DNA of 64,000 nt, taken from NCBI GenBank assembly GCA_053919585.1, contig CM132783.1. The stretch is one strand, 5' to 3'. The notes beneath the pieces were generated by a model. That model made no database searches. It was not told the DNA's origin and was given only the letters and a program-made list of their open reading frames with translations. This stretch comes from Euprymna scolopes. Lineage: Eukaryota. Positions 1-12,539 of the stretch are shown here, piece by piece (position 1 is the first letter of the stretch; each line of letters begins with the position of its first letter). The translations under genes and the position numbers were made by a program.

Positions 1-292
1 CAGATCATTATTTTTATAATTATAAGTGAAAAATTATTCCTAAAAATAGTAACACCGCATTTTGCTGAGAATATAAAAAAAAACGAATTTCAGGATTAAG
101 GCAGTCTTAAATTATTTACAAGCATATTTTTGATATTTACGAAAAAAAAAGTGAAAACATCTTTTTCTGTAGCGAAGCGAATTGGTCAAAGGTTCGAAAT
201 CTTATGCTTGGTAAAAAGAAAATATGGATCTGGTTGCATTAAAGCATTTATTTCATGGACGATTACAGGCTTAAATAAACTGTTTTGAAGGA

Positions 293-1050
293 GTGAAAGA
301 AAACCATGCTGATGATAGCAAAGAATTCAAAACAGGGTCTGGAAATACCCTTTCTAGATATACGATATCTAGACGAACAAAAGGTGTGCAAATAAGGCAT
401 GTTTATCTTAGAAGAGCATCAATGATAGAAATAGATTTTTCTGGTATTATGGCAAGAAAGATACAGACTGGTTCAGGAAAGTTTTCTGGTCAGATAAAGC
501 AAGATTTTGACTTGTTATTGATGCTTCCGATGCTCCTAAAGAGTGAAATCTAAGGACTAGAGAAAGATATCAGCAAGTTGCATAAACAGGACAGTAAAAC
601 CCCTGAATGGATCGATAATGATATGGGGAACTTTTACTGCTTCAGGAGTTGGGGAACGTATAAGATGTGAGAAACCAATCGATGCAAAGGAATAGATTCG
701 AATATTAGAAACACGACTGTTACCAAATATCCAGAAGCTGGGATTTTATCAGAACATTATTTTCAACATGATACTGCCCCTTCACACACTGCTGAAGTAA
801 AAAAAATGGTTTTCTAATAATTCAATTAATGTGATATTTTGGCCATGGCACAGGTCTGATTTTAGCACAAGCGAAAATATTTGGTCCTTAATATCCCGTG
901 CATTGGATGGAAGAACTTTTCGAGCAATGACAAACTGTGGGAAGCTGTGCAAAGCGTATGGAATAGCATCTACTCTTCACAGTATTCCACTTTGGTTCAG
1001 AACATGCTTGAAAGTATTGATCTTTTAAGGAAATCTAAATGGAATGCGAT
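293..1050 (+). mobile_element. Tc1/mariner transposase remnant (DDE domain, frameshifted)
   Basis: Motif pieces in different frames: VFWSDKARF (481-507, first Asp), FQHDTAPSHT (761-790, second Asp) and WPWHRSDFSTSENIW (ORF 831-1028; cf. Tc1 WPxxSPDLNPIENLW). Confidence 0.8.
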
Positions 1051-1349
1051 TGCATCATAAGCATTTATTAAAGTTAAATGTCTTGTTCTGTGCTATTATT
1101 CGCGTTGAAGTTTCTTTGTTCAATTATTATTTGTTCAATGTAGCAATTAGTACGATAAAATGTACAAAATTTGTTTGNNNNNNNNNNNNNNNNNNNNNNN
1201 NNNNNNNNNNNNNNNNNNNNNNNNNNNNNNNNNNNNNNNNNNNNNNNNNNNNNNNNNNNNNNNNNNNNNNNNNNNNNNNNNNNNNNNNNNNNNNNNNNNN
1301 NNNNNNNNNNNNNNNNNNNNNNNNNNNNNNNNNNNNNNNNNATCATTTC

Positions 1350-1630
1350 TAGTGTTCAACGACTATATAACAGGTGCCACTTAGAGGGGAATCCTTGGAC
1401 ATTTATTTTTGCTAATATTTAAAATTAACTCTCTATAAAAGTGTTCTGTAATGGATATATTTGCTGATGAAACCACACTGTAACAGGGACGAGGGGAAAC
1501 AAATAACATATATCTTAGGAAGTGGCAAAAACATTCGAGAAATACTTTTTATCTTTAGTGAAATGGTGACAACATTTAATGTTTCCAAGACTAAGCTTGT
1601 TTTCTACAATAATTTTAAGAACCTGCTCAA
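1350..1630 (+). mobile_element. Decayed CR1-group LINE RT fragment
   Basis: A GGILGHLFLLIF-like segment (cf. QGSILGPLLFLI) and VTTFNVSKTKLV (cf. WLVTFNASKTKL in the LINE at 9111-12539). Confidence 0.5.
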
Positions 1631-2157
1631 CATTAATAGCTACTAGATTAGTCATATTTTAGCTGAACCTCTAACACATTCCTAACAATTATTTGTTAAC
1701 TCACACTGTAAGCACGATTAAAATCTCTGTTAAAAAAAATAAAAGTTACCCAAAATAAGCCTCGGCGAAACGGGTCAACGGCCACCATCTTTCAGCCATC
1801 TTTCAAACTTTTGGACGCTTAAGTAAAATGCGATAACACGCGAAAAAAGAAACCGAATTATGGAAAATACCAATTAGCGTTTCATAAATTGCTCGAAATC
1901 TCGGCCTTGTAGTCTTTTTTGTTAGATCGCCACAACTGATATATCGGTCTTTCAGAGTTCAAAGTGGTAAAATCCAACTTACATTTGAATGCTGACGTTA
2001 AATGCAATAACTATACATAATTAAGAAAAATTCCCAAGTACCATATCAGCAAAGACTGGAATACTGGCCGTATCGTCTGTTTCGCTAGTTTGGCAATACC
2101 TTTAAGGGTCCAAAGATTTTAAATTCAACTTAATTATATAAAAAGTCCGAGAACTTT

Positions 2158-2159
<2 letters not shown>

Positions 2160-2222
<63 letters not shown>
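2160..2222. repeat. (TA)n microsatellite
   Basis: Direct reading. Similar tracts at ~7132-7181, 7565-7625, 7726-7759, 16128-16187, 20374-20446, 24629-24698, 26788-26838, 40988-41058 and 62446-62508. Confidence 0.98.
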
Positions 2223-2231
<9 letters not shown>

Positions 2232-2649
2232 CGATTATTTTTTACAATTTCCGACAGAAATAAACCTTTATCAAATTAAAATTATTCTTTTGCATGAAAT
2301 TTCACACAGGACACATTGCAAGTCAGGTTGATATTTCCTTGGTTATTTAAATTGTTATGATAAGGAGTTATAGACTAACACCAGAAAATAGCTATGCCCT
2401 GCCATTTTCCAGTCTTTTCTTCGTCACACAAATATAAATATAAAAGTTATAATAACAGACAAAGTAGCCGCCTTCAAGGCAACGATTTTCACATTACCTC
2501 CTGAAATTTTATTAGAAAGGTTAAAAAAGAAGTACAATTTATTTAAAGAAATGGTCAGTTAGTGGAATGTCGTTGAAAGGTTCTTTCATAACCAACACAG
2601 AACAAGTTTATAAATGGAACAAAGAATATTTCTGGTAAAGCACTACTCA

Positions 2650-3710
2650 AACGTAATTTCCTCATCATCAAGATATGGCTATTGTAAATTGGTGCACTGG
2701 ATGTTTTTTAAATTCCCACCCAAGGTTGGACACTAAATTCCATGTTTTCCCCAACGGCATTCTTGCCGTAATACAATTTGAAGTACATCTATCTCTATTT
2801 ATAGCCGACAAATTTGTAGGAGCATGTTACAAGTCAGTCTTAATTTTTTTTGTAATTGACCATCTGAAAGTTCCCATCCTCACTCGTCAGGTTTTAGCTG
2901 GTTACTATGTTTCAATTCTTGAATTTGGAAGAAAACTCGATGGCTGTGGAATTCCGTAGCTTCTGTTGTTGGTGTCAATGATTATTCAATGACTTGGCCA
3001 GAACATACTTTGAGCTCTTCGCAACCTTTTCGTTAAAGCGTCTCAGTCGGAGATGATTGGTGTTTTCCTCCATCATTTCCATTGTACAAGCACACTAAAG
3101 CCTTTTCCTAGATTAAATTACCTATAATCCACTGCTATACCTTGCCAAACACTTTTGCCAGTTTGAGGAGTTTTCTATTGCTCATCAGCTTTCGAAGGGA
3201 TACGTCCTCCAAAATTCCGTGAACACTGGATGCAGGCTCTCAACCCAGTTAATCATGACTGAAAAAATGTTGGAATAGAGAACATCTCCCAAAGATTCCC
3301 TCATCAATTTCTGATAAAGATTTAAGCTCTTGCTTCACCAGATTGATTGTGGCGTGAAATTGTTGTTACTATGATCTCTTTTGGCATGTTTACATATAAG
3401 GTCAGTGGTAGTTACTATAACAATGGTTTCTCCTTTCTGTGCAAGTTATAGAGCAGTCTTCACAATCAATACGTCAGCGTGTCCGAATGCATGGAATCCT
3501 TCATACTATGCTTCATTTAAACTATTTCTCATCAAGTTGATGACCAATTGTTTGTTTTCTTGAATAGCAAAAAAAACCAAACTCTTTCCTTTAATTGGAA
3601 CACGATGCAAGGAGTCAGTAACACATTAACATCAACAAAGCACATTGCTCGGCGTCGCTGAGTAGCTAAACATTCACAGGTAACATGACTTGGAACAGAT
3701 ACATTGAGAG
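2650..3710 (-). mobile_element. Academ-like DNA transposon remnant (XPG/FEN-like nuclease region plus Cys-rich C-terminus)
   Basis: Manual minus-strand translation with stops and frameshifts gives HADVLIVKTAL..ETIVIVTTTDL (PIN/XPG-like), ALVCLYNG..LRLRRF, TPTTEATEFHSHRVFFQIQELKHSNQLKPDE*GWELSDGQL, KTDL*HAP, and a Cys-rich tail (CTSNCITAR..KHGI*C..CTN). This order matches AcademX-type proteins. Family call is from motif recognition. Confidence 0.6.
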
Positions 3711-3769
3711 CATTCCATGACCGCTGTGAGGAATGCAGGTTCTCTTTGCCCTGCTAGATAGATACTTAC

Positions 3770-4300
3770 GCCTGAATGTATTATGTACCTCTACAATTCA
3801 CCCGTGTATGAAGAAGTGTTAGCACATTCTACCTGATGCTCCCAATATTCGCCTCTCCTTCATGCACATATTTTAAAGGAGAGTCGCCTACCTGCTATGT
3901 CCCGAACACTTATCCAACCTTTTTCAAAACGACATCAAGTGGCATCCCTCTGCTTGTTCTACAAGTATGCTAATGGTAGATGCACGAATGAACGACAAGC
4001 CTTTGTACCCCACTCGACCTAAATAACCCCGGCAAACCCGTAAATCAGCAAAATCCGACCTTTACACTGTAGAGGTCCATAAATGTACGAAGGCCTTCTA
4101 CGCTACTATATTCTTCAACAGAAAAAGCAAACATTGGAAGTCCTGTTTCCCCAAGAGCACTTTGATGCAGAAGTTCAAGTGAAATGTGAAAAATAATCTT
4201 GCTTCTCAATTTCTTACATACTATTCCTGCAACTTATGTCCTTGATAAAAGCCTTTACCAAGGTGGCATTGTGCCTTTTACGGTAAAAATGAAATGAAAA
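3770..4300 (+). mobile_element. CR1-group LINE family B, 3' fragment
   Basis: Homologous by eye to 22330-22900, 28740-29445 and 59975-60600 (QPFSKRHQVASLCLFYKY; shared 3' end aggtggcattgtgcct...aaa). Confidence 0.7.
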
Positions 4301-4456
4301 AAGGTGTATATATAGTCTATTTCTAAAACAAACATTAATTTTTACATATGTGCATATATGCTTCAATGGAATCCTAATTCAAAGGGATCAATTACACAGA
4401 CAAGAAAAAGCTGATATTATAACGAGAGTCAAGATTACATTCTTTTTTTATAAAAT

Positions 4457-4487
4457 ACTAGCAGGCCGCCCGGCAATACGAGGTCGA
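4457..4487 (-). mobile_element. Helitron-like 3' terminus
   Basis: Minus strand reads gacctcgtattgccgggcggcctg-CTAG-T: an imperfect GC-rich hairpin a few nt upstream of a terminal CTAG followed by T. Confidence 0.45.
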
Positions 4488-5265
4488 ATAATACAGTTGC
4501 ATATGATATTTCCATTAATTAAGATTTCGCTTTTATTATAATACTAGACTACTTGTGACACGTTGGGTCAGTATATTATATAAGTTATGGAATTAATTTA
4601 TGAGCTTGACACTTGTGGCGTAAAGAAAATAGTTTTTTGTGACATAACAGAAACATTTCTATGAAAGTGTATAAAAAGGAAAAAAGAATATAGATAGATT
4701 TCTATAAGTAGTTATGTTTATAATTGTGTATTTTTGAAAATAATCCCGCAAAGTCATTGAATTATACTTATAAGTAAATGTGCACTGAACAGATACCGTA
4801 ATACTTAATGATAAAATCAAATTTTTATATATCATTTAATTTAAACGCGAAAAACGAACAATAAAGAACCTGAAAACGTACACAGTAAAAACACCCGTTT
4901 TATTGTGGCGTGGATTATTTATTTGTAACGCAAATAAAAACATATTTTCAGGGTTATTTATTCATGTTAGTAGGGTAGAAGAAAATGTATGAATGTTTTT
5001 TTTAAATGTTGTATACAAATGGAGAATAATTTTTAAAAAACAAAGGAAGGCGGTGGGTATATAGCCTTTGTAAAATGCCCTTATACTTCTCAATATGCAA
5101 AAGTAGATTCATTTGTAAGAAAATTGCGTTAAAATACTTAAACGTAATACGGAAATGAACGATGTGAAAAATGCAGAATGTATAAAGAATTGTTTTTTGG
5201 GGTAATTTAAACACAATAAAAAAACGATTGAGACGCTTAAACCTCACAAAGTAAAAGAAAAATTG

Positions 5266-5344
5266 TTATTGTCGCGTTGATTATTTATTTGTAAGTATGT
5301 TTTTTTTAGTTTACGTTACAAATAAATAATCAACGCGACAATAA
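5266..5344. repeat. Perfect 29-bp inverted repeat (21-nt loop)
   Basis: ttattgtcgcgttgattatttatttgtaa (5266-5294) and its exact reverse complement (5316-5344). A diverged third arm lies at ~4872-4940. Confidence 0.9.
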
Positions 5345-7133
5345 AACGTATTTTTTACTGTGTACGTTTTCTACGTACCAATTTTTCACGTTTTAATGGT
5401 CCAAATAAACAATTGTTAATATTTTTGCTTTTTTACATCGTTTATCTCCATATTACGTTATGCGTTCATGTTTATGTACGCATGCGCAATCGGAAGTCGA
5501 AACTGGATGTTGGGTTACAGCACCCGTTACAAGGTCATTTGCATTTTATGTTAAAATAGATTGTATTGTACCAAAAGTTAAAAAAAATAATCGTACACCA
5601 CTACCCAGACTCGAAACAAATACGTTTATCTTACGATTTAATTTTTGGTGTTTAAGCATGAGCTATGAGTATATGTTGCTTCAAGGCTAAAAATTAAAAC
5701 ATGAAAAAATAGTTATTACGTTACTCATCTATATTCGTAATGCCGCCGTTCGACATTAGACTGACAAGTTCCATTTTTTTTTTTAGGTTTCATATATTTT
5801 TACTGATTTTCCTCGCTTAAAACACAAATATCAAATCATGTATAGGTTGGATTACACTTTGTATTAAGGGGGATGTGTGAAAAAGGAGTTCATTATGAAA
5901 AGTGTTTAAATGAATATCTATACGCATACATAAATATATATGGAAAACATTGTGTTTACTGTAAACTGTTACCGCATATATTACGCTAGGATAAATCACG
6001 TGGAATATCTGCATGATTATAATTGCAGGTAATATTGACTTTTATTTGGAATGTTGATATATACCTACAAGAAATATTTTCGATTGGCAGCATTAGATAA
6101 GCAAACACACAACACGATTTATCCCAAATTCTTACAAAGCGCTATAACTAAAGCGCTTTGGGAACATAATGTGCAACAAATATAGAAAATGCATGTCATT
6201 GTGTACCTGTTTGCATATGTATGGTCTTGAAAACTTTCGTCTATAACAAACCCTATAAACTTATGAAATATCAAGCATTGAGAAAAAAGATAAATAACCT
6301 AAATGCAAGAATAGAAATAAAAAGAAATACGTTTATTCATAGATATAACACTTTTCCTATGCACTTCATTTAGACACTACGGTTGTGTGGAAAATATAAC
6401 TCCCAGTATATCAAATTCATTTTCCTCACATAAATAAGTCTGTATATTCGTTTATTGATTAATATTGAAACAATATATATCTTATAAATAAAGAAATGAA
6501 TAATATAATTAATTAAAAAACGTAAAACAAATAAACGAATAATAAAACAGGAACTAAAATAAATAAGAAACAACAACTTACCAATCAAATAGATGAATAA
6601 TTAAGTCGCAACCAGAAATGTATACCTATGTAATGACCTATAGTACGGAAGCAGGCAAAATAATAGTTTAATATTACTTCATATCAAGGACAAAATGAAC
6701 GCCAATAAAAACCGCCAAGTAAAAATAATGCAGCGCACTCAACGCTGTGACAGTTTGACCATAGAGTATCAACATTTACGTTTTTTTTCTTTTACCTACT
6801 CCTTTTTCTTCTTCACACCTTCCTTCAAAACCGTTCACGTTCACAAAATATACCTCTACTTTCATTCAGAGCGTAAGCCACACACGAATATAAAAATAAT
6901 TTTAATCTTGACGGTTGTTTCCATATCGCCCTTTTTGCCCGAATGATGTGGTCTTGTGAAATGTATTTCAGATGAAAACGCATACTTATATGTAACGAGT
7001 TATGTTTGTATAGAAAAAAAAATAAAAAAGTATATGGCGGCCCTGCACATTATTGTAAACTCATAATAGATCACGCGGATTTCAGTGGAATTAAATCTAG
7101 CAAATGAATGTATATACCCATTCTGAATGTACA

Positions 7134-7185
<52 letters not shown>

Positions 7186-7561
7186 AGGTTAATATAGCAT
7201 CTAAAAAATAAATTACTGGAAGCTTATTTTATTAACCCGTAATACGGATACCATATATTGCCTTAGCAACATTTAGGGCTTAGATATATTTGTTTTTTTA
7301 ATACAAAATTTCAACAATTTTAAAAATTTAAACCACAAAGAATTATAAAGAACAACAGGCTGTTGCTTGCTATGTTCATAGATAGCTTACGCTGAATTAA
7401 TTTTCGTTTTTTTACGAATTATGACAATAGATTATTAATTTTCGCTTAATTTAATGCAAATTTATAGAAACATACCAATGGTATCGTACTTTTATCAATT
7501 AAACTCACTGACACCAATCTTCTCTATAAATAAATGATTCAATTATATTTACATAAACTCA

Positions 7562-7630
<69 letters not shown>

Positions 7631-7718
7631 CTATATATATATGGGTTTATAACATACATATGTGTACGTATGCCTCTCTTTATACATGCAGATATACACA
7701 TGCATATACTGATATATG

Positions 7719-7764
<46 letters not shown>

Positions 7765-8393
7765 ATATATATATATGTATGTGTATTTTGTGTATCACAT
7801 CAACAAAAAAGGCAACAAAGGGCAATACCAAAACCACGACAATTCAGAACATGTGCCATTTTATTTTAATGCTAACAGAACACGTTAAACGGTTTTGCCT
7901 AGAGGAAACCAACCTCACTTTGCAAAAGCGTAAATTACGGTTGTTTTTTTTTGTAGTGCTACATCCGCTCCTGAACAAATGCGAACTGAAATGAAATAGT
8001 TTGTGTGTCACTGGCGAGTACTTATGGTTTTGATCGATAATATGCATGTAGTGTCTTATTTTAAGAAAAAAAGCAATGAAGGAAATTCTTAAATCAGCAG
8101 GAATAAATAAAGTTCGAAATATCGTCCATTACAATAATAATAATAATAGAAAGTATAAGCAGAAGTGTAAGGGTTTATCAATCTACACTACATATGGACT
8201 ATAAAGAGTTATCAAGATGAGTGCAAGCAATTCTATCCGGTTACGTTTGTTGTTCAAGTGTTCTGATTCTATTCAACTGTTCCACTAATTGTAGTAAATA
8301 AAATTCCAGTTTAATATTTAAAACGAAAGATTCACGACTTTTATCATGTTGAGAAGCTTGTTCCCGTACTTTCGAAAATATAAATAGCACCAC

Positions 8394-9110
8394 CTACTCT
8401 CGATAATGCATCGACAACAATGTTTCACGTCCGAGACGGTGTTTTACGTCGTATGACAACAGGGGAAGTTCCATTTTCCACCGTATAATTTTATAATTTT
8501 TTTTTATTTTTCCGCGGTTAGTAGGTGTAAACATAAAATATACGACTTGCTGGTCTGTTACAATTGTACAGTGCTTCCCAGTAAGGAGATCCCTCAATTT
8601 TCGGACGCACTCGACTATGGCATAAGACTTTTTCTCGACTATTTGAAGTCGTATTTCATATGGGTTTATCGATCGAGAAAAGAACGCTACAGGCCTCTCA
8701 GCCTGGAAGAGCGTGCCTCCGATAACCTTGTCTGAGGCATCGTATTCAATAGTAAATGGTAATTCATCATCAATAACTTTTACAGAGGATTCAGCAACGT
8801 CTTCTTTAGTTTTTCAAAGTAATTGATAACTATAGGGGCATGGGAAATTGTTTATGTTCCACCAGTGGAAAAAAATTGTATGAATAGTTAGGCATCTATT
8901 TCGCGTAGTGCAAACACATTCCAAGACTTCTCTTTAAAGAATCTGGATGGGAAGGAGGAAGCATTTGTAAAAGGGGTTTCAAATGGAATGAAGTGAAAAC
9001 TTTGATTTTTCTCGGTTTAGTTCGAGTTTATATGTCGAGGTGGCCTTAAAAAACAGTCCAAATTAACATCATATTCCTCATACGTTTTATCGCAAACAGT
9101 AATAGCATCT
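8394..9110 (-). mobile_element. Gypsy/Ty3 pol fragment (RT C-terminal part and RNase H)
   Basis: DAITVCDKTYEEYDVNL, YKLELNREKS, LKRSLGMCLHYAK, PFTIEYDASDKVIGGTLFQAERPVAFFSR and LLTGKHCTIVTDQQ..KIIRWKMEL (ORF 8394-8597). Confidence 0.85.
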
Positions 9111-12100
9111 TAAGCTGCTTAAAGGTCGGTACTACTTGGTGACCAGTAGTCTGAGATGTCGGAAATTCTTCTGTCTCTGTCTGTCCTTGTGGCCATGTCA
9201 CTAGTAAGGGTGCTGGAGGTAAACGTTTTGTCTGGGCTGACGTTATCCGCCTGATAGTCAGGGACCCGAACCTTGGATTAACCACTAAGGAGGCTGTCCT
9301 ATCAGCAGGCGCAAAGTACTGGGACTGCTGTATTGTCATTTGGTGAGTGGATCTGGGCCATGCAGTAGTCTCTGGTGGGGCCTCTCGATACCACACTAGT
9401 GGGTAATTGTTACGGCTTTACCTTTTCGTGTGCTACAAATAAAAAAAAAAATTCCTGTCTTTTTCTCTCTTACTTTCCCTCTCTGTACTGCTCTAACCAA
9501 GTATGCCGACCTATTCCACATATCCCAAAACCTCAACATGAAATATCTCCAGAATAAAAACTCGATTAAACCTAGAACCCCATCTTCCAGCGTAGACCCC
9601 TACTACGAGGTCTCCTTCTCCAATATCAGGGGTCTACGTTCCAACCTTCCAGAAGTTGAAACCCAATTACAGGAGACGAAACCGGACATATTATTTCTAA
9701 GTGAAACTGGAATAGGGCCGACCACTTCCCTAGATGAGTTCATAATTAATATATACTCCAATTTAACAGCTAAATCTGACACCCAAGATCGCCATGGGCA
9801 TGGAATATGTGCCTACATTAAGGATGGCTTCCCATGTGGCAGGGATATCTCTAGAGAAGATCCTAATTTACCTTATATGTGCACTTGCTTACACCACTGC
9901 ATTTATATTTGCCCTCTATAGGTCCCACAACAGCGGAGTTACTAAGAGCATATCTGAGAAAATAGACCACATACTGTCTTCACATCCTTCGGCTAACATC
10001 CACATCTGTGGTGACTTCAACGTCCATAACGTGGAATGGCTGACCCATTCAAATAAGACAGATGATGAGGGGAGGTTTTGTCATGATTTTGCCATTGCTT
10101 ATGACCTCACTCAGATAGTTCGCGAACCCACCCGTGTGCCCGATACACCCAATCAATATGCAAGCATCTTAGACCTTTTTCTCTCAACGTCCCCTGAGCT
10201 ATGTTCATGTACCGTTCATTCTCCTCTAGGATCCTCCGACCACTCCGTCGTATCAGTTAAGATAAAAAACGAAATGTAAGAAGCCCCCAGACGTACCCCT
10301 CCACCGTACTGTATACCAATACTCTATGGCTGACTGGGATAGCTTCCGTACATTCATATCTGATTTACCTCTGCATTCCATGTTTAAAAAGGAAGTGTCC
10401 TCTATAGTATCAGATCTGACCGAATGGTTAATTGTAGGCATTGACCAATTCATACCATCTAAAAAATTCCAACAAAAACCTGCCATGGTTCTCCCCAGAA
10501 TGTGCTGCTGCTATCGCGCACAGAAATCACTTTTTCCATAGCTACCAACGTAATAGATGCACTGAGACTAAAGCTGCTTTCAGGACTGCCAGCAACCACT
10601 GTAAAAGAGTTAAAAAAAATGCAAGAGAGCTATATGCCCAGTCTGTTAAATCCAAGGTAGCTGATCAGCGGCTTGATTCTCACCAGTGTTGGCAAATAAC
10701 AAATAGGATCCTGAACAGAAGTGTGCGTTCTATCCCAACCATTATCAATGGACCAGAGGTCATCTCGTCAGCGTCAGACAAGGCCAAACTATTTGCAAAG
10801 AACTTTGCAGCTAATTCTACCCTATGCGACGAAGGCCATCAACTCCCCATATTTCCTCCTATAACACAGACCAAGCTAGGTAACATACAAATATCCGTGC
10901 ATGAGGTCGCCAAGCTAATAAAAAACCTAGATTCCAGTAAAGCAACTGGCCCTGATGGCATCCCAATTATAGTGTTAAAAAAGCTTCAGCCAGAACTTGC
11001 TCCCATACTTACGAAACTATTTAAGCGCTGCCTTAAGGAGAAGTGCTTTCCGACCCCTGGAAGACCTCATCAGTTTGCCCTGTATTTAAGAATTCAGGTG
11101 ATAAGTCATCTCCCTCTCAGTACAGACCAATAAGTCTTCTCTGTGTTATGAGTAAGTTGCTGGAATCAATATTAAATAGACAAATAGTCAACCACCTCAG
11201 CAGGAATAACCTTCTTAGTGACACACAATATGGTTTCCGCTCTGCAAGATCTACCGCAGATGTGCTGACGGTTATATCCCAGAGGATTAGTGAATCTCTT
11301 GACAAAGGCTTCCTTTCTAGGGCAATTGCTCTTGACATATCAAAGGCCTTCCACAAGGTATGGCATAATGGTCTACTTCACAAGATTTCCAGCTACGGTA
11401 TAACTGGAAATGTTTTCTCAATCAATTAATCATTTCTCTCCGATAGGCTCATAAGAGTAGTGGTAGATGGACAAAAATCAGAGGCCTGCAATTTAAATGC
11501 TGGGGTCCCTCAGGGGTCAATCCTGGGCCCAACTCTCTTCCTGATCTACATCAATGACCTCCCTAAACACATACTTAAATCATTCGTTGACATCTATGCT
11601 GATGACACGACCATCTACAACAACACACCAAAGGCTGTAAATGACAAAGTTCTCTCGGATTCTCTCTCCTCTGATCTCGAGCGCGTGGTTCAGTGGGGGA
11701 AGATGTGGCTAGTTACCTTTAATGCATCCAAAACCAAACTCCTATCCTTACATCATCAACGCTCTGATCCCCATCTGGCATCAATTGTGATCGATGGCTC
11801 TCGTCTGGGTGAGGCCCCGATGTTTTGACAAGCTTCTGGGTTTGACCTTTACTCCTGATCTGAAATGGAACACGTACATCAAGTCTGTTGCCAAGGTCGC
11901 TGGAAAGATGGTGGGATCCTTCTACCGCTCCAGAAGATATCTCACTACTGATGCAATTCTCTATCTATATAAAAGCCAAGTACGTCCAAGGATGGAATGC
12001 TGTTGCCATATCTGGGCAGGAGCTGCCAAAAACAGCCTATCATGCCTGGACAGAATACAAAATAGACTTCGTGGCTTAGTGGGGGATGCCCTTTTCTCTA

Positions 12101-12539
12101 CCCTGCAACCCCTCTCTCACAGAAGAGACGTTGCGAGCCTATCCTTGTTTTATCGTTATTTTCATGGCAGGTGCTCGTCTGAACTACAATCCCTGGTCCC
12201 CCCTCGCCAATCTTTCACGAAAAACACCCGTCTAGCTGAATCCACTGTGAAAAATTTCCCCCACTCTATATCTGTGCCTAAATCAAAACGCGGATTCCAT
12301 GAACAAAGCTTCTTTCTTAGAACTGCACGCCTGTGGAACTCTGTTCCGTCTGCCTGCTTCCCTCCGGACTACAACTTGGATGTCTTCAAGTCTAATGTTA
12401 ACAAATTCCTAATGAACCGCCCCCTTAAGTAAACACTCCATCAAATCTCCACACTAACGTAATGCACTTGCAATAACCCTTATCCCTGAGTGGCTTCCGG
12501 GCCTTGATATGTGGTGATCACTGTGTAAATAAAAAAAAA
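9111..12539 (+). mobile_element. CR1-group LINE family A, near full-length copy (3.4 kb)
   Basis: APE endonuclease and RT coding region, 3' UTR and poly(A) (12531-12540). ATCT is duplicated at 9107-9110 and 12540-12543. The copy interrupts the Gypsy RT. Confidence 0.92.
9538..12432 (+). pseudogene. APE-endonuclease/reverse transcriptase ORF of LINE family A (several frameshifts and a stop)
   Basis: FSNIRGL..LFLSET, ICGDFNVHN, LDLFL, LGSSDH (APE); KATGPDG, QYRPISLL, QYGFR, LDISKAF, GVPQGSILGP, YADD, FNASKT (RT); spread over ORFs 9430-12432. Confidence 0.9.

Noticed and set aside
7534-7994. ORFs with YIYI/IIII runs, and ORFs spanning N runs throughout the window
   Set aside because: Artefacts of microsatellites and assembly gaps, not genes.
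8230-8310. Possible 3' LTR of the Gypsy element
   Set aside because: Only the short aattgtagt word matches 14310-14317. There is no extended similarity and the integrase is missing.
9046-9396. 116-aa minus-strand ORF over the LINE 5' UTR
   Set aside because: It crosses the LINE/Gypsy junction, is not conserved in the second copy and has no recognisable motif.
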